64,000 nt of DNA from Thermoplasmata archaeon (GTDB lineage Archaea; Thermoplasmatota; Thermoplasmata; Halarchaeoplasmatales; Halarchaeoplasmataceae). Under the pieces are notes generated by a model. That model worked only from the letters and a program-made list of their open reading frames with translations. It made no database searches and was not told the DNA's origin. Of the stretch, positions 1-9,434 are shown piece after piece. How positions within the stretch are numbered: the stretch's first letter is position 1; each line of letters starts with the position of its first letter. The DNA lies in NCBI GenBank assembly GCA_003554965.1, contig PWHR01000046.1, forward strand, positions 56,149 to 120,148. Direction: 5' to 3'. Both the position numbers and the translations under genes were made by a program.

Positions 1-61
1 ATTTATGTCTTGCGTCTTTATATCAATACGACTTATCATATTTGAAAAAATTTTGCTCTAG

Positions 62-325
62 TCATCGATCATCTACATCTAGATCCATCTCTATTTCTTC
101 GTCATTTTCTTCGGTTATCTTCTTTATTTTCCCTTCAGCTTCCTCCAACTTCTGCTCACAGTGTTCTATCAACGATACGCCTTCTTGGTATAGATCGATA
201 GCTTCTTCTAGAGGGATCTTATCTCTTTCCAACTTCTCATTGATATCCTCTAATCTTCCCAAAGCATCTTTGAAGCCCATGTCTTCGGTTTCTTTTTCTT
301 CTAATTTTCTAATCTTTGCCGACAT
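62..325 (-). CDS. xseB: Exodeoxyribonuclease VII small subunit
   Basis: 87 aa, acidic and helical. It carries the typical XseB pattern (LEExLxxLExIVxxLE...LEESLxLYEEG). It overlaps the start of the xseA ORF on the same strand. Confidence 0.8.
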   Translation of the reverse strand: MSAKIRKLEEKETEDMGFKDALGRLEDINEKLERDKIPLEEAIDLYQEGVSLIEHCEQKLEEAEGKIKKITEENDEEIEMDLDVDDR

Positions 326-1551
326 TTTTTCACCTTTTCTGTTTTCGCCTCTATCTCACCATCGTTAACATTTATATCGATGAGATCATCTTTTTTAACA
401 TCTTCTACACTGGTTATCACGTCACCCTCTTCGTCCATAACTATGGAGTAGCCCCTTTCCATCGTTTGAAGAGGGCCTAAAGCATTCAATCTTTCTTTTT
501 GGTTCTTCAATCTTCGGTTATAGTTCTCTAAACATCGTTTTATGTTTAAATTTAATTTTTTAACATTTTCGTCAAGTAACTGATATCTCTCTTCCAATAA
601 TATATTGGGATCTCTAAAAACTGGCCTATCCTTCAAAGATGCCAACTTATCTTTATTCTCTTTCAAGATATTCTGCAGAGCTGTTACCGTCCGTCTCTTT
701 TGATACTTCAATGTTTGTTCTAACTCATTTTTTACTGGGACAACTAACTCAGCAGCACCAGTCGGGGTGGGGGCTCGTTTATCAGCCACGAAATCAGAGA
801 TCAGAAAATCGGTCTCATGTCCTACAGCAGAAACTATCGGGGTTTTCGCTTGGAAGATCGCTCTAGCGACTTTTTCTTCATTAAAGCTCCACAGATCTTC
901 TATAGAACCTCCTCCTCTTCCGATTATGATCACGTCAACATCTTTTTTATCCAGTTTTTTGACGGATGAAACGATACTATCCGCCGCGCCTTTTCCCTGC
1001 ACCAATGAAGGAACCAGTAATACATCTACGTTTTCGTATCGCTGTTTGAGGCCCTTCACCATGTCTCTCAGAGCCGCTGCTTCTTCCGAAGTGACGATAC
1101 CTACTTTTCTAGGCAAGAAAGGAAGGTCTTTTTTATGTGCATCATCAAAGAGACCTTCTTCCATCAACTTCTTCTTCAGCTGTTCATAGGCAAGATAAAG
1201 TTTTCCGATCCCTCCCACGATCATCTCTTTTATAACGATCTGATACTGACCCCTAGGAACATAAAGACCAACATCGCCCCTACACAGAACTTCCATACCC
1301 TCCTCCGGTTCAAATTCCAGATCTTTATTATCGGAATGGAACATCACACTGTTGATCTCGCTCTTTTCGTCCTTTAAAACGAAGTACATATGTTTACTAT
1401 CGTAGTGTTTGAAATTTGAGATCTCTCCTTTAACCCATATATCTTGTATCTCATCCTCCCTTCTCAAAAGTGATTTTACATACAAGTTAAGGTCCGAAAC
1501 AGAGTAAATCTTGCGTTCAGGCTTTTTACCAGCGCCCGTGTTCACATCCAT
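301..1551 (-). CDS. xseA: Exodeoxyribonuclease VII large subunit
   Basis: 416 aa. N-terminal OB fold (YSVSDLNLYVKSLL...IWVKGEISN), ExoVII catalytic core and C-terminal coiled-coil. Immediately followed by xseB. Confidence 0.85.
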   Translation of the reverse strand: MDVNTGAGKKPERKIYSVSDLNLYVKSLLRREDEIQDIWVKGEISNFKHYDSKHMYFVLKDEKSEINSVMFHSDNKDLEFEPEEGMEVLCRGDVGLYVPRGQYQIVIKEMIVGGIGKLYLAYEQLKKKLMEEGLFDDAHKKDLPFLPRKVGIVTSEEAAALRDMVKGLKQRYENVDVLLVPSLVQGKGAADSIVSSVKKLDKKDVDVIIIGRGGGSIEDLWSFNEEKVARAIFQAKTPIVSAVGHETDFLISDFVADKRAPTPTGAAELVVPVKNELEQTLKYQKRRTVTALQNILKENKDKLASLKDRPVFRDPNILLEERYQLLDENVKKLNLNIKRCLENYNRRLKNQKERLNALGPLQTMERGYSIVMDEEGDVITSVEDVKKDDLIDINVNDGEIEAKTEKVKKCRQRLEN

Positions 1552-1667
1552 ATATTTTGTTATACCATCTTAAGTATATAAAATTGTGGCGGGAGGGGAG
1601 GGTTCATCGAAAATAGGTTTCGTTTTTTGACAAATTACAAATATGATACCTCGGTTGGTGAAATGAA

Positions 1668-2192
1668 ATGAAATCCGCACTGACAGGCACTCCAGGCGTG
1701 GGTAAAACCACGGTCTCTAAACTCCTGGAAAAAAAAGGATACAATATATTAGACCTCAACGAGTTCATCAGAGAAAACGATCTCATTGAAGGGGAAGACA
1801 GAGAAAGAGGGACTTTCGAGGTCGATACAGAGCTCTTGCTTAGAGCTTTCAATAGAGAAAAAGGCGAATATGACATCGTGGAAGGACACCTTTCACACCA
1901 CCTGAAGATCTCACCAACTATAGTTTTAAGATGCTCACCTGAAGAGCTCAAAAATAGGATGGAGAAAAAAAGATGGGATCAAAAAAAGATCAAAGAAAAC
2001 ACGGAAGCTGAAGCGCTTGATATAATCCTAGTTGAGGCATTGGAATTGTGTGATCAAGTATACGAGATAGATACCACAGACAAAAATCCTGAAAAAGTCA
2101 CCGAATGCGTTATAGAGATACTCGAAAAAAGATCTGATGATTATACTCCCGGCTCAGTAGATTGGTCCGAGGATTATTTTTTCGGGCGATAG
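1668..2192 (+). CDS. AK6/Fap7-like nucleoside-triphosphatase (putative archaeal adenylate kinase, COG1936)
   Basis: 174 aa. P-loop LTGTPGVGKTT at the N-terminus. Central DIVEGHLSHHL and a C-terminal segment typical of Fap7/hCINAP. Confidence 0.7.
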   Translation: MKSALTGTPGVGKTTVSKLLEKKGYNILDLNEFIRENDLIEGEDRERGTFEVDTELLLRAFNREKGEYDIVEGHLSHHLKISPTIVLRCSPEELKNRMEKKRWDQKKIKENTEAEALDIILVEALELCDQVYEIDTTDKNPEKVTECVIEILEKRSDDYTPGSVDWSEDYFFGR

Positions 2193-2222
2193 TTTTTATT
2201 ACTCCTTTCGATTGAAGAAACG

Positions 2223-2861
2223 ATGGTATTGAACAAATATCGTGATCAGGCAGATACTGTCCTTGAGCCTTTAGCAAAGAAAATGTCATCTGTCGATCCA
2301 AACTTGATCTCGTGGTTATCGCTCCTTTTTGCTTTTGCGGCAGGACTATCATTTTTCTTTTACACCTCGGGAATGGAGATACTTGTCCTACTTGGAGGTG
2401 TATTCATCGTGATTAACTCCCTATTAGACGCCTTGGATGGGAAGGTAGCGAAGTTAACCGGGAAAGCCTCTCTTAAAGGTGATTTCCTTGACCATACGAT
2501 AGATCGATATGCAGATATACTCATCTTGGGAGGTTTGATTCTAGGACCTCTCGTCGAAACTTGGATAGGGGTTCTAGCCCTAATCGGTGTGCTTATGACA
2601 TCCTATATGGGTACACAAGCAGACGCTGTCGGTGTTTCAAGGGACTATGGTGGTATCGCCGGAAGGGCAGAACGTCTGGTTCTCCTGATATTAATTTCTC
2701 TGCTCTATTTCTCGTTGAGCGGTCCCGGTTGGAACAGTTATCACATCTGGGAAGTCGAATTGAACATGTTCGAATTGTTGATGATCTGGTTCGCCATATC
2801 TGGTAATCTGACCGCTATATACAGAGGATCGAATACTTGGTCATCTTTGGAAAAAAAATGA
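2223..2861 (+). CDS. CDP-alcohol phosphatidyltransferase family protein (archaetidylinositol-phosphate / archaetidylserine synthase-like)
   Basis: 212 aa multi-TM protein. Contains the signature D-G-x2-A-R...G-x3-D-x3-D as DALDGKVAKL...GDFLDHTIDRYAD. Confidence 0.75.
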   Translation: MVLNKYRDQADTVLEPLAKKMSSVDPNLISWLSLLFAFAAGLSFFFYTSGMEILVLLGGVFIVINSLLDALDGKVAKLTGKASLKGDFLDHTIDRYADILILGGLILGPLVETWIGVLALIGVLMTSYMGTQADAVGVSRDYGGIAGRAERLVLLILISLLYFSLSGPGWNSYHIWEVELNMFELLMIWFAISGNLTAIYRGSNTWSSLEKK

Positions 2862-2878
2862 ATCCGTGGTTTGAGCTG

Positions 2879-3973
2879 TTAGTCCTCTTCTTTATATTCC
2901 TCCCTATCTCCTTCCTCATCTTCTCCGGCTTTTCTCTTTTTGAATGAATAATATGTAAGGGGATGAGTCATCCATTCTTGATCACACAGGGAATCAGCAC
3001 CAGAACATATACCGTTGGTCTTCATCAATGCACAACCAGGGGGCGAGTACTCCGTCCCAGATATCTCTCCGATAATATGTTCGATCTGGTAAGAAGCCAG
3101 TTCTCTATCGAAGTCAGGAGATTCCTGAAAATATGATATTATCTCTTCTTTAGAAAGGCCTACTTTTTTCATGAAGGCCGTCAAAGCGAACCTGGCTTCG
3201 TGAGAAAGATTCTCACCCTCCTGCTGCCTAGCCAATAGGTTTTTTATACAAGGAGAAAAATATTCATCCTCTACTTTCCCCAGATCAAGATCGGTTATCT
3301 CGGTCCTGGTCTCTTCAAGGACTTCTTCGATCTCTTTGATATCTTCTTCAAGATGATCCAATATCTGTTTAGAAACTGGCGTGGGCAATCCCTCGCATAT
3401 GGAAGAAAAAACTTTTTCTTTGATTAGACGGATGAATCTCTTTTTGTCTAGAAAAATTTCTCCTTCTCTAAGGTCTTGGTTAACCATTTTCCATTCTGGC
3501 GATCTCAGTCCCTCTGTTATCTCTAAATAGTCCGTAAAATGAACTGCGATGTATTTTTCCCTTTTTCTGGCTCTTATATCTAGTTCCGCTGCCAGATCCA
3601 AGAGTTTTGCATCATCGTTTTCCCTAGATAATTCTCTAACAACTCTTTCAGATTCCCCTAGGCTGTATCTTCTTATCAAAAAATCATCCTCGATAGAAGA
3701 AACCAACATTCTAGCAACAGGATATGAAAACAATTCGTTTTCGCTCTCAAGCTCATCATCCATACCCTTTATCGTTACTCTGCCTTCTTTCAGTGCTTCA
3801 ATAATACGGGCTTTACCCCGCCTTCTCACCGGCCCCCATAGATTATCCCCAAGAAGTTCTTCAAGGGATGGAGCCTCCTCACTGATATATCTCTTAGCTT
3901 TCTCCAAAAAAGGATAACGCGCCATATCCTCCAATGCCCAATCTACTGAATCACTTCGGACAGCCATTATCAT
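2879..3973 (-). CDS. priL: DNA primase large subunit PriL (candidate)
   Basis: 364 aa. N-terminal RYPFLEKAKRYI motif. C-terminal cysteine cluster (PPGCALMKTNGICSGADSLCDQEW...HPLTYY) resembling the PriL 4Fe-4S domain. Confidence 0.55.
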   Translation of the reverse strand: MIMAVRSDSVDWALEDMARYPFLEKAKRYISEEAPSLEELLGDNLWGPVRRRGKARIIEALKEGRVTIKGMDDELESENELFSYPVARMLVSSIEDDFLIRRYSLGESERVVRELSRENDDAKLLDLAAELDIRARKREKYIAVHFTDYLEITEGLRSPEWKMVNQDLREGEIFLDKKRFIRLIKEKVFSSICEGLPTPVSKQILDHLEEDIKEIEEVLEETRTEITDLDLGKVEDEYFSPCIKNLLARQQEGENLSHEARFALTAFMKKVGLSKEEIISYFQESPDFDRELASYQIEHIIGEISGTEYSPPGCALMKTNGICSGADSLCDQEWMTHPLTYYSFKKRKAGEDEEGDREEYKEED

Positions 3974-4071
3974 TCCAACGGAAAAGGATTAGGAAACTCG
4001 TACTTAATTATTTTCTCACCTATTGTTGATTTTTGTAGATGACAAAGTTTTAATCTTTTCAATTATTTTCG

Positions 4072-5334
4072 ATGAAGAGTGATAAGATGGTAGAAATCGT
4101 GTCGATAGATGCAAGGGAGATATTAGATTCAAGAGGAAATCCCACTGTTCAGGCTTTGGTTAAGACCAAAAAGTGTGTTGGAAAGGCTTCTGTTCCTTCT
4201 GGAGCTTCTACAGGTATGAACGAGGCTTTAGAGCTAAGAGATGAAAGCGATAGATATAGGGGTAAAGGGGTTCAAAAAGCGGTTGAGAATATAAAGAACC
4301 TGATAGCTTCGGAACTTTTAGGGGAGGATGTAACGGAGCAGATGAAGATAGATAAAAAGATGATAGAATTGGACGGAACAGAGGACAAAAGTAATCTCGG
4401 TGCAAATGCGATATTAGCTGTCTCATTAGCCTCGGCTAGAGCTGCTTCTAAGGAGGTAAATTTACCTCTTTACAGTTATATCGGAAGGCTAAACGATGTC
4501 ACGCTTCCTATCCCTTTCATGAACGTATTGAACGGGGGCGAACACGCAGGTAACGAGCTTGATATACAGGAATATATGATAGCTCCAACGAAAACCGAAA
4601 ATTTCAAAGAAGCTCTCAGAATAGGAGCAGAAGTTTACCATTCCCTAGGTGATATAATCGAAAAGGAATACGGCAGTTCTGCGACAAATCTAGGAGACGA
4701 AGGCGGTTATGCACCACCTCTAAGCGACCCAACTGAACCTTTCGATCTCATCCTGGAAGCAATTGATGATTGTGGTTACTCTGAAGAGATTGACCTTGCG
4801 ATCGACACTGCTGCAAGCGAACTCAAAACACCTAAAGGATATGAATCTAGAGGGGAGATAGTGAGCTCTGAAGAGATGATCCAGTTCTATGAGGAAGTGG
4901 TTAAAGATTATCCATTGGTATCGATAGAGGATCCTCTAGGAGAAGACGATTGGAAAGGCTTCATCGAGATAACTCAACGGATCGGTGATGAAGTACAAGT
5001 AATCGGAGATGATCTATTCGTCAGCGATCCTGAATTGATCCAAAAGGGAATAGAAGAAGGTGCATGTAATTCGATCCTGCTTAAGGTGAACCAGATAGGG
5101 ACCCTTACTGAAGCTATGGAAGCTGCCACTTTAGCTGTAGAAAACGGCTATAATGTTATGGTCTCTCACAGGTCAGGAGAAACTTCCGATCCTTTCATAG
5201 CAGACCTCTCCGTTGCCCTTTCTTCCCGGCAGATAAAGACCGGAGCCCCGGCTAGAGGAGAGAGAACCGCCAAATATAATAGACTACTGGCTATAGAAGA
5301 AGAGCTGGGTTATATTTCGAACTATGGGTTTTAA
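4072..5334 (+). CDS. eno: Enolase (phosphopyruvate hydratase)
   Basis: 420 aa. Contains SRGNPTV, the GASTG...EALELRD block and the full enolase barrel. The start may instead be the internal MVEIV. Confidence 0.95.
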   Translation: MKSDKMVEIVSIDAREILDSRGNPTVQALVKTKKCVGKASVPSGASTGMNEALELRDESDRYRGKGVQKAVENIKNLIASELLGEDVTEQMKIDKKMIELDGTEDKSNLGANAILAVSLASARAASKEVNLPLYSYIGRLNDVTLPIPFMNVLNGGEHAGNELDIQEYMIAPTKTENFKEALRIGAEVYHSLGDIIEKEYGSSATNLGDEGGYAPPLSDPTEPFDLILEAIDDCGYSEEIDLAIDTAASELKTPKGYESRGEIVSSEEMIQFYEEVVKDYPLVSIEDPLGEDDWKGFIEITQRIGDEVQVIGDDLFVSDPELIQKGIEEGACNSILLKVNQIGTLTEAMEAATLAVENGYNVMVSHRSGETSDPFIADLSVALSSRQIKTGAPARGERTAKYNRLLAIEEELGYISNYGF

Positions 5335-5484
5335 AACATTGAACCATATTTAACCTATCTATAGATCGGTATCAATCAAAATATTTACGGTGATTATTGC
5401 TCATCGACCCAAAAATATAAAAAGGAGTTTACGAATTTCGTAAATGATATATACTACCAATTGAATATTTAGCTCAAGAATAAG

Positions 5485-5868
5485 GTGAATAATATGGCGG
5501 AAGAAGGTCTAACAAAGGAACAAAAAGAGTTGGTCGACAAACTGATCAAAGCGGGAATCCAGAAAAATATTGCTCGAACCTTGGTCTTCGTTGCAAGCAG
5601 AGATGAAACTAGGAGCAGAGACATCGAAGACGCTACGAATCTGAGACAACCAGAAGTCTCGATTGCCATGCAGGATCTTAGGGGGCGAGGATGGGTAACC
5701 AAGAGAGACATCAAGAAAGAAGGAAAAGGTAGACCAGTTCACGGTTATCGATTGGATAAACCGATTGAGGAGATAGTCGAAGAGATAGAAGAAAAGGAAA
5801 AAGAGCGCATCGAAGAGATAGAGAAAAACTTGGAAGAGATAAAAGAAATAGTGGGCTCGGCATTTTAG
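5485..5868 (+). CDS. Winged-helix DNA-binding protein (putative transcriptional regulator) with acidic C-terminal tail
   Basis: 127 aa. Predicted HTH around IARTLVFVASRDETRSRDIEDATNL, followed by a RGWV wing. C-terminal E/K-rich helix. Confidence 0.4.
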   Translation: MNNMAEEGLTKEQKELVDKLIKAGIQKNIARTLVFVASRDETRSRDIEDATNLRQPEVSIAMQDLRGRGWVTKRDIKKEGKGRPVHGYRLDKPIEEIVEEIEEKEKERIEEIEKNLEEIKEIVGSAF

Positions 5869-5925
5869 TGTTGATCTAATTGATCAAACAGTGCTCTTCG
5901 TTGCCTCCTATAGGACTAAACCTCC

Positions 5926-6615
5926 TTAATCCAACTCTTCAAAACCCTTTCCCTCCTCTTTTCCTATTACGACCTTGTCGGTAATATCTAAAAATAACCC
6001 GTGTTCTAGTACTCCTGGTATAGAATTCAATTCTTTCGATAATTCTTCTGGTTCATCGATACCTCCAAAATCACAGTCGAGGATATTGTTTCCATTATCG
6101 GTCCTGTATACCTCTTCCTGATATGTTCTCAATTCAGTTTCGCATCCCAATCTTCTTACGCAGTCAGCGATCCCTTCATTCCATTTTGGAAGTATCTCTA
6201 CAGGGAGATCAAAACTTATGCCCAATTTCTCCACTTTTTTAGATTGATCGACTATGATGATATATCTTTTTGAATTATATGCAATGATCTTTTCTCTCAA
6301 AAGAGCACCTCCTCCTCCTTTGATCAATCTTTTCTCTGGATCGACTTCATCGGCCCCGTCTATCGTTAAATCGATCTTGTTCGCTTCGTCCAACTCGACC
6401 ATATCTATACCTGCAGCTTTAGCTCTTTTTGCTGTCTCTAAAGAGGTCGGTATACCTAAAATATCGAGATCTTCTTCTTGAATCCTATCTCCTATTTTTT
6501 GTATAGCGAACTTTGCAGTGGAACCAGTACCTAATCCAACCACCATCCTGTCTTCAACGTACTCAGCAGCCCTATAGCCCGCATTCTTTTTCTGTAGATC
6601 TCTATCCGTACTCAT
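5926..6615 (-). CDS. rpiA: Ribose-5-phosphate isomerase A
   Basis: 229 aa. Contains VVGLGTGSTA and the DGADEVD...KGGGGAL motifs of RpiA. Confidence 0.85.
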   Translation of the reverse strand: MSTDRDLQKKNAGYRAAEYVEDRMVVGLGTGSTAKFAIQKIGDRIQEEDLDILGIPTSLETAKRAKAAGIDMVELDEANKIDLTIDGADEVDPEKRLIKGGGGALLREKIIAYNSKRYIIIVDQSKKVEKLGISFDLPVEILPKWNEGIADCVRRLGCETELRTYQEEVYRTDNGNNILDCDFGGIDEPEELSKELNSIPGVLEHGLFLDITDKVVIGKEEGKGFEELD

Positions 6616-6748
6616 GATACCAACTGGGATATCTTGATCGAACTTATTAATATTTACTACTGACTTTACTGAAAGCTTGAAAATACGAAATCAGCCTAAT
6701 GATTTAAATAATAGTAGTGCTTCAACATCATCTAAGAACGGTGGAAGC

Positions 6749-6898
6749 ATGGCAAGATTTCCAGAAGCTGAGAAAAGACTGCTAGACAAGAAGGTGTGCA
6801 TGAACTGCTATGCGAGCAATCCTGTGAAAGCAAAAAGCTGCAGGAAATGCGGCGAGGATAACCTTCGCATGAAAGCTAAAGAGAGCAGACGGTTGTAG
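6749..6898 (+). CDS. rpl40e: Ribosomal protein L40e
   Basis: [35 protein letters not shown] matches the L40e consensus. Start is taken at the internal Met of the 73-aa ORF. Confidence 0.8.
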   Translation: MARFPEAEKRLLDKKVCMNCYASNPVKAKSCRKCGEDNLRMKAKESRRL

Positions 6899-6969
6899 AA
6901 ACAAACTGAAGTTCTTCATTTATCAGCTGCTGTATTTACCTAATAATTTATACAGTAGATGACATCTTT

Positions 6970-9282
6970 TTAATCTTTAAATCCAAGATCACATTCTGGA
7001 TTCGGACAGAATTCCCAAGGCTCTTTACTCTTTTTAGTCATCTTCTGGATAGGAGCTCCGCATTTTTCACACTTTTCTCCTGAATGGACTATATTACCTC
7101 TGCGAGGCAGCGGGTAAGTGTTTTTACAATCGGGATAGTTAGAACATCCGAGAAATCTTTTACCTTTGTATGAGCGTTGCTCTCTCATATCTCCACCACA
7201 TTCATCACATTCGCCTCTAAACCTTTCTTTATTGTTGTACTTACACTTTATATCGATACACAATTTTTCCGTGTCTCCTCCGTGGTAAACTTTTATCATC
7301 GGAGAGCCGCATTCTGGACACTCATCATTATCAGGTTTAACGGTCCCCGAACGGGGGATACTGTAAGTATTCTTACAATCGGGATAATTACTGCATCCGA
7401 CAAATCTTCCTCTTTTTGATTTCCTTATGACAAGAGTGCCGTCGTCACACTCAGGACAGACCCCAACAGCGTTTTGGTCTCTTAATGAACGTTTCAATTC
7501 CTTCCTGATCTCTTCTCTATCCTGTTTAAGAGATTTGATAACTTTTTCAAGCATCTCTCTTGATTCTTCTACCACTTTTTCCTTTTCTAGATCTGCCTCG
7601 GCGATCTTTTTCATGTCTTCTTCAAGGGTCCGGGTCATATCAGGTTTAGTGACCATCTCCGCGTGCTTTTCCATGGTTTTGATGACACTTTTCCCGGTGA
7701 TAGTTGATCGGGGTACCTTTCCTTTGATGAAGTTCCTATTGTAGAGTTTCTGTATTATACCGTGTCTAGTACTTTTGGTGCCAAGACCTTTGTCTTCCAT
7801 TATCTGAACTAATCTTCCTTGGGAATACCTGTTAGGAGGTTTTGTCTCTTTTTCCTCCATAGCTACGTCGGAGACTTTGACTTTTTCACCCTTCTCTACT
7901 GCGGGCATCTTCACTTCTTTTAGTTTGTAATACGGATAATATTTTCTCCAGCCGGCCTTTATCAGCTCATTACCTTTGGATTTGAACTCTTCTCCTTTTA
8001 TATCAAATCTAGCTTTTCTTAGTCTCTTCACTCCATAAGGAGCTAAGGTTGCTAAAAAACGTCTCAATATCAGTTCATATACTTTCCATCTTTTTCCACT
8101 CAGATCATCTTTGGTGGCGGGTTTAATCGGATAAATTGGAGGATGATCAGTTGTCTTTTTTTTCCCTTTTGTCGCCCAGATCTTATCCTGTGATAGTAGC
8201 TCGTTTACTTCATCGGATAATTCTGAGCTTTTTAATTTCTTTAAGTGCTCTTCAAGATGCAAACTGTCAGGGTAGACAGTATTTTCTGTTCTTGGGTAGG
8301 AGATCCATCCTGCGGTATAAAGGTCTTCAGCGATGCTCATGGCCTGAGATGGACTCAATCCGATCTTATTTGCATCAGAAAGATATTTCGTTGTATTGAA
8401 TGGAATCGGGGGCCAATCCTTCTTAGTTTTCTCTTCAAAGTGTAATGTTTGCGCTTCTTCGGCCTTTTCAACTGCTCGGTAAACTTTATCGGCTTTCTCT
8501 TTGTCCCATATCTTATCTTCTTCGTAAAAGGCTTTGAATTCGATATCCTTCTCCAGGATAGCAGTCAACTTCCAATATGGCTCAGGATCGAAGGATTCTA
8601 TCTCATCATCTCTATCCACTATTATAGCCAGTGTTGGACTCTGGACCCTTCCTACCGAAAGGAAGTCATCTCCGTATTGGCCTGAAGCTTTAGAAAGAAA
8701 ACGTGTTAGCACAGCGCCCCATGCAAGATCGACGACCTGTCTAGTGTCTGCGGATTCGGCAAGATTTATATCGAGGTCTTTCAGATCCGAAAAGGCCTCT
8801 TCAAGTTCATTTTTGGTGATAGAACTGAATCTCGCCCTCTCCATATCTACATTCTTTGTGGAACCTTCATTAGCTATCCTTGCAGCTTCTAACCCTATCA
8901 ATTCGCCCTCTCTATCATAATCCGTAGCCACCACGATACGATCAACTTCCTTTCCCTTTTTCTTTAAAAGATTAGCTATCCTTTTGGCTGTCATCTTCTT
9001 TTCGGGTTCTACCCAAATCAACTCCTCTTCGTCGACCCTACTCCAATTGTTGTACTTTTTAGGATAATCGTATTGAACTATATGACCCCTAAGAGGGACG
9101 CATATATATTGCTCTCCATCTCTTTCAAATTCAAAATAGGGATGATTATAGTATGAATCCTGGGTCTGATTACCCCCTGAAAGTAGATAAGCGATACGAG
9201 AAGCGGCACTCTTCTTTTCACATATCAACAACGTAGTCATCGGATGCGGACTACTTGAGGTGAAGTATTTAATCTTTCCCAT
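6970..9282 (-). CDS. topA: DNA topoisomerase I (type IA) with C-terminal zinc ribbons
   Basis: 770 aa. TOPRIM (LLICEKKSAASRIA), active-site tyrosine region (GWISYPRTENTVY) and several C-terminal Cys4 ribbons. Confidence 0.9.
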   Translation of the reverse strand: MGKIKYFTSSSPHPMTTLLICEKKSAASRIAYLLSGGNQTQDSYYNHPYFEFERDGEQYICVPLRGHIVQYDYPKKYNNWSRVDEEELIWVEPEKKMTAKRIANLLKKKGKEVDRIVVATDYDREGELIGLEAARIANEGSTKNVDMERARFSSITKNELEEAFSDLKDLDINLAESADTRQVVDLAWGAVLTRFLSKASGQYGDDFLSVGRVQSPTLAIIVDRDDEIESFDPEPYWKLTAILEKDIEFKAFYEEDKIWDKEKADKVYRAVEKAEEAQTLHFEEKTKKDWPPIPFNTTKYLSDANKIGLSPSQAMSIAEDLYTAGWISYPRTENTVYPDSLHLEEHLKKLKSSELSDEVNELLSQDKIWATKGKKKTTDHPPIYPIKPATKDDLSGKRWKVYELILRRFLATLAPYGVKRLRKARFDIKGEEFKSKGNELIKAGWRKYYPYYKLKEVKMPAVEKGEKVKVSDVAMEEKETKPPNRYSQGRLVQIMEDKGLGTKSTRHGIIQKLYNRNFIKGKVPRSTITGKSVIKTMEKHAEMVTKPDMTRTLEEDMKKIAEADLEKEKVVEESREMLEKVIKSLKQDREEIRKELKRSLRDQNAVGVCPECDDGTLVIRKSKRGRFVGCSNYPDCKNTYSIPRSGTVKPDNDECPECGSPMIKVYHGGDTEKLCIDIKCKYNNKERFRGECDECGGDMREQRSYKGKRFLGCSNYPDCKNTYPLPRRGNIVHSGEKCEKCGAPIQKMTKKSKEPWEFCPNPECDLGFKD

Positions 9283-9434
9283 ACGCTAAATCCGTGATTA
9301 GAATTCGGTTCAAGATCGATTGATTTTGATTCAAAAATGGAAAAAGACTAATAAACCGATTATTTTACTGATTTTTGAAAAAGAAGAAATAACAAATAGG
9401 ATAAACTATATGTAGAAATACAAGATTAAACCTG

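Noticed and set aside
1552-1667. G-rich stretch (ggcgggaggggagggttcatcg) in the xseA/adk intergenic region, checked as a possible tRNA or ncRNA
   Set aside because: There is no cloverleaf-compatible pairing and it is too short. It is probably promoter/BRE-adjacent sequence. No tRNA-like structures were found in the other intergenic regions either.
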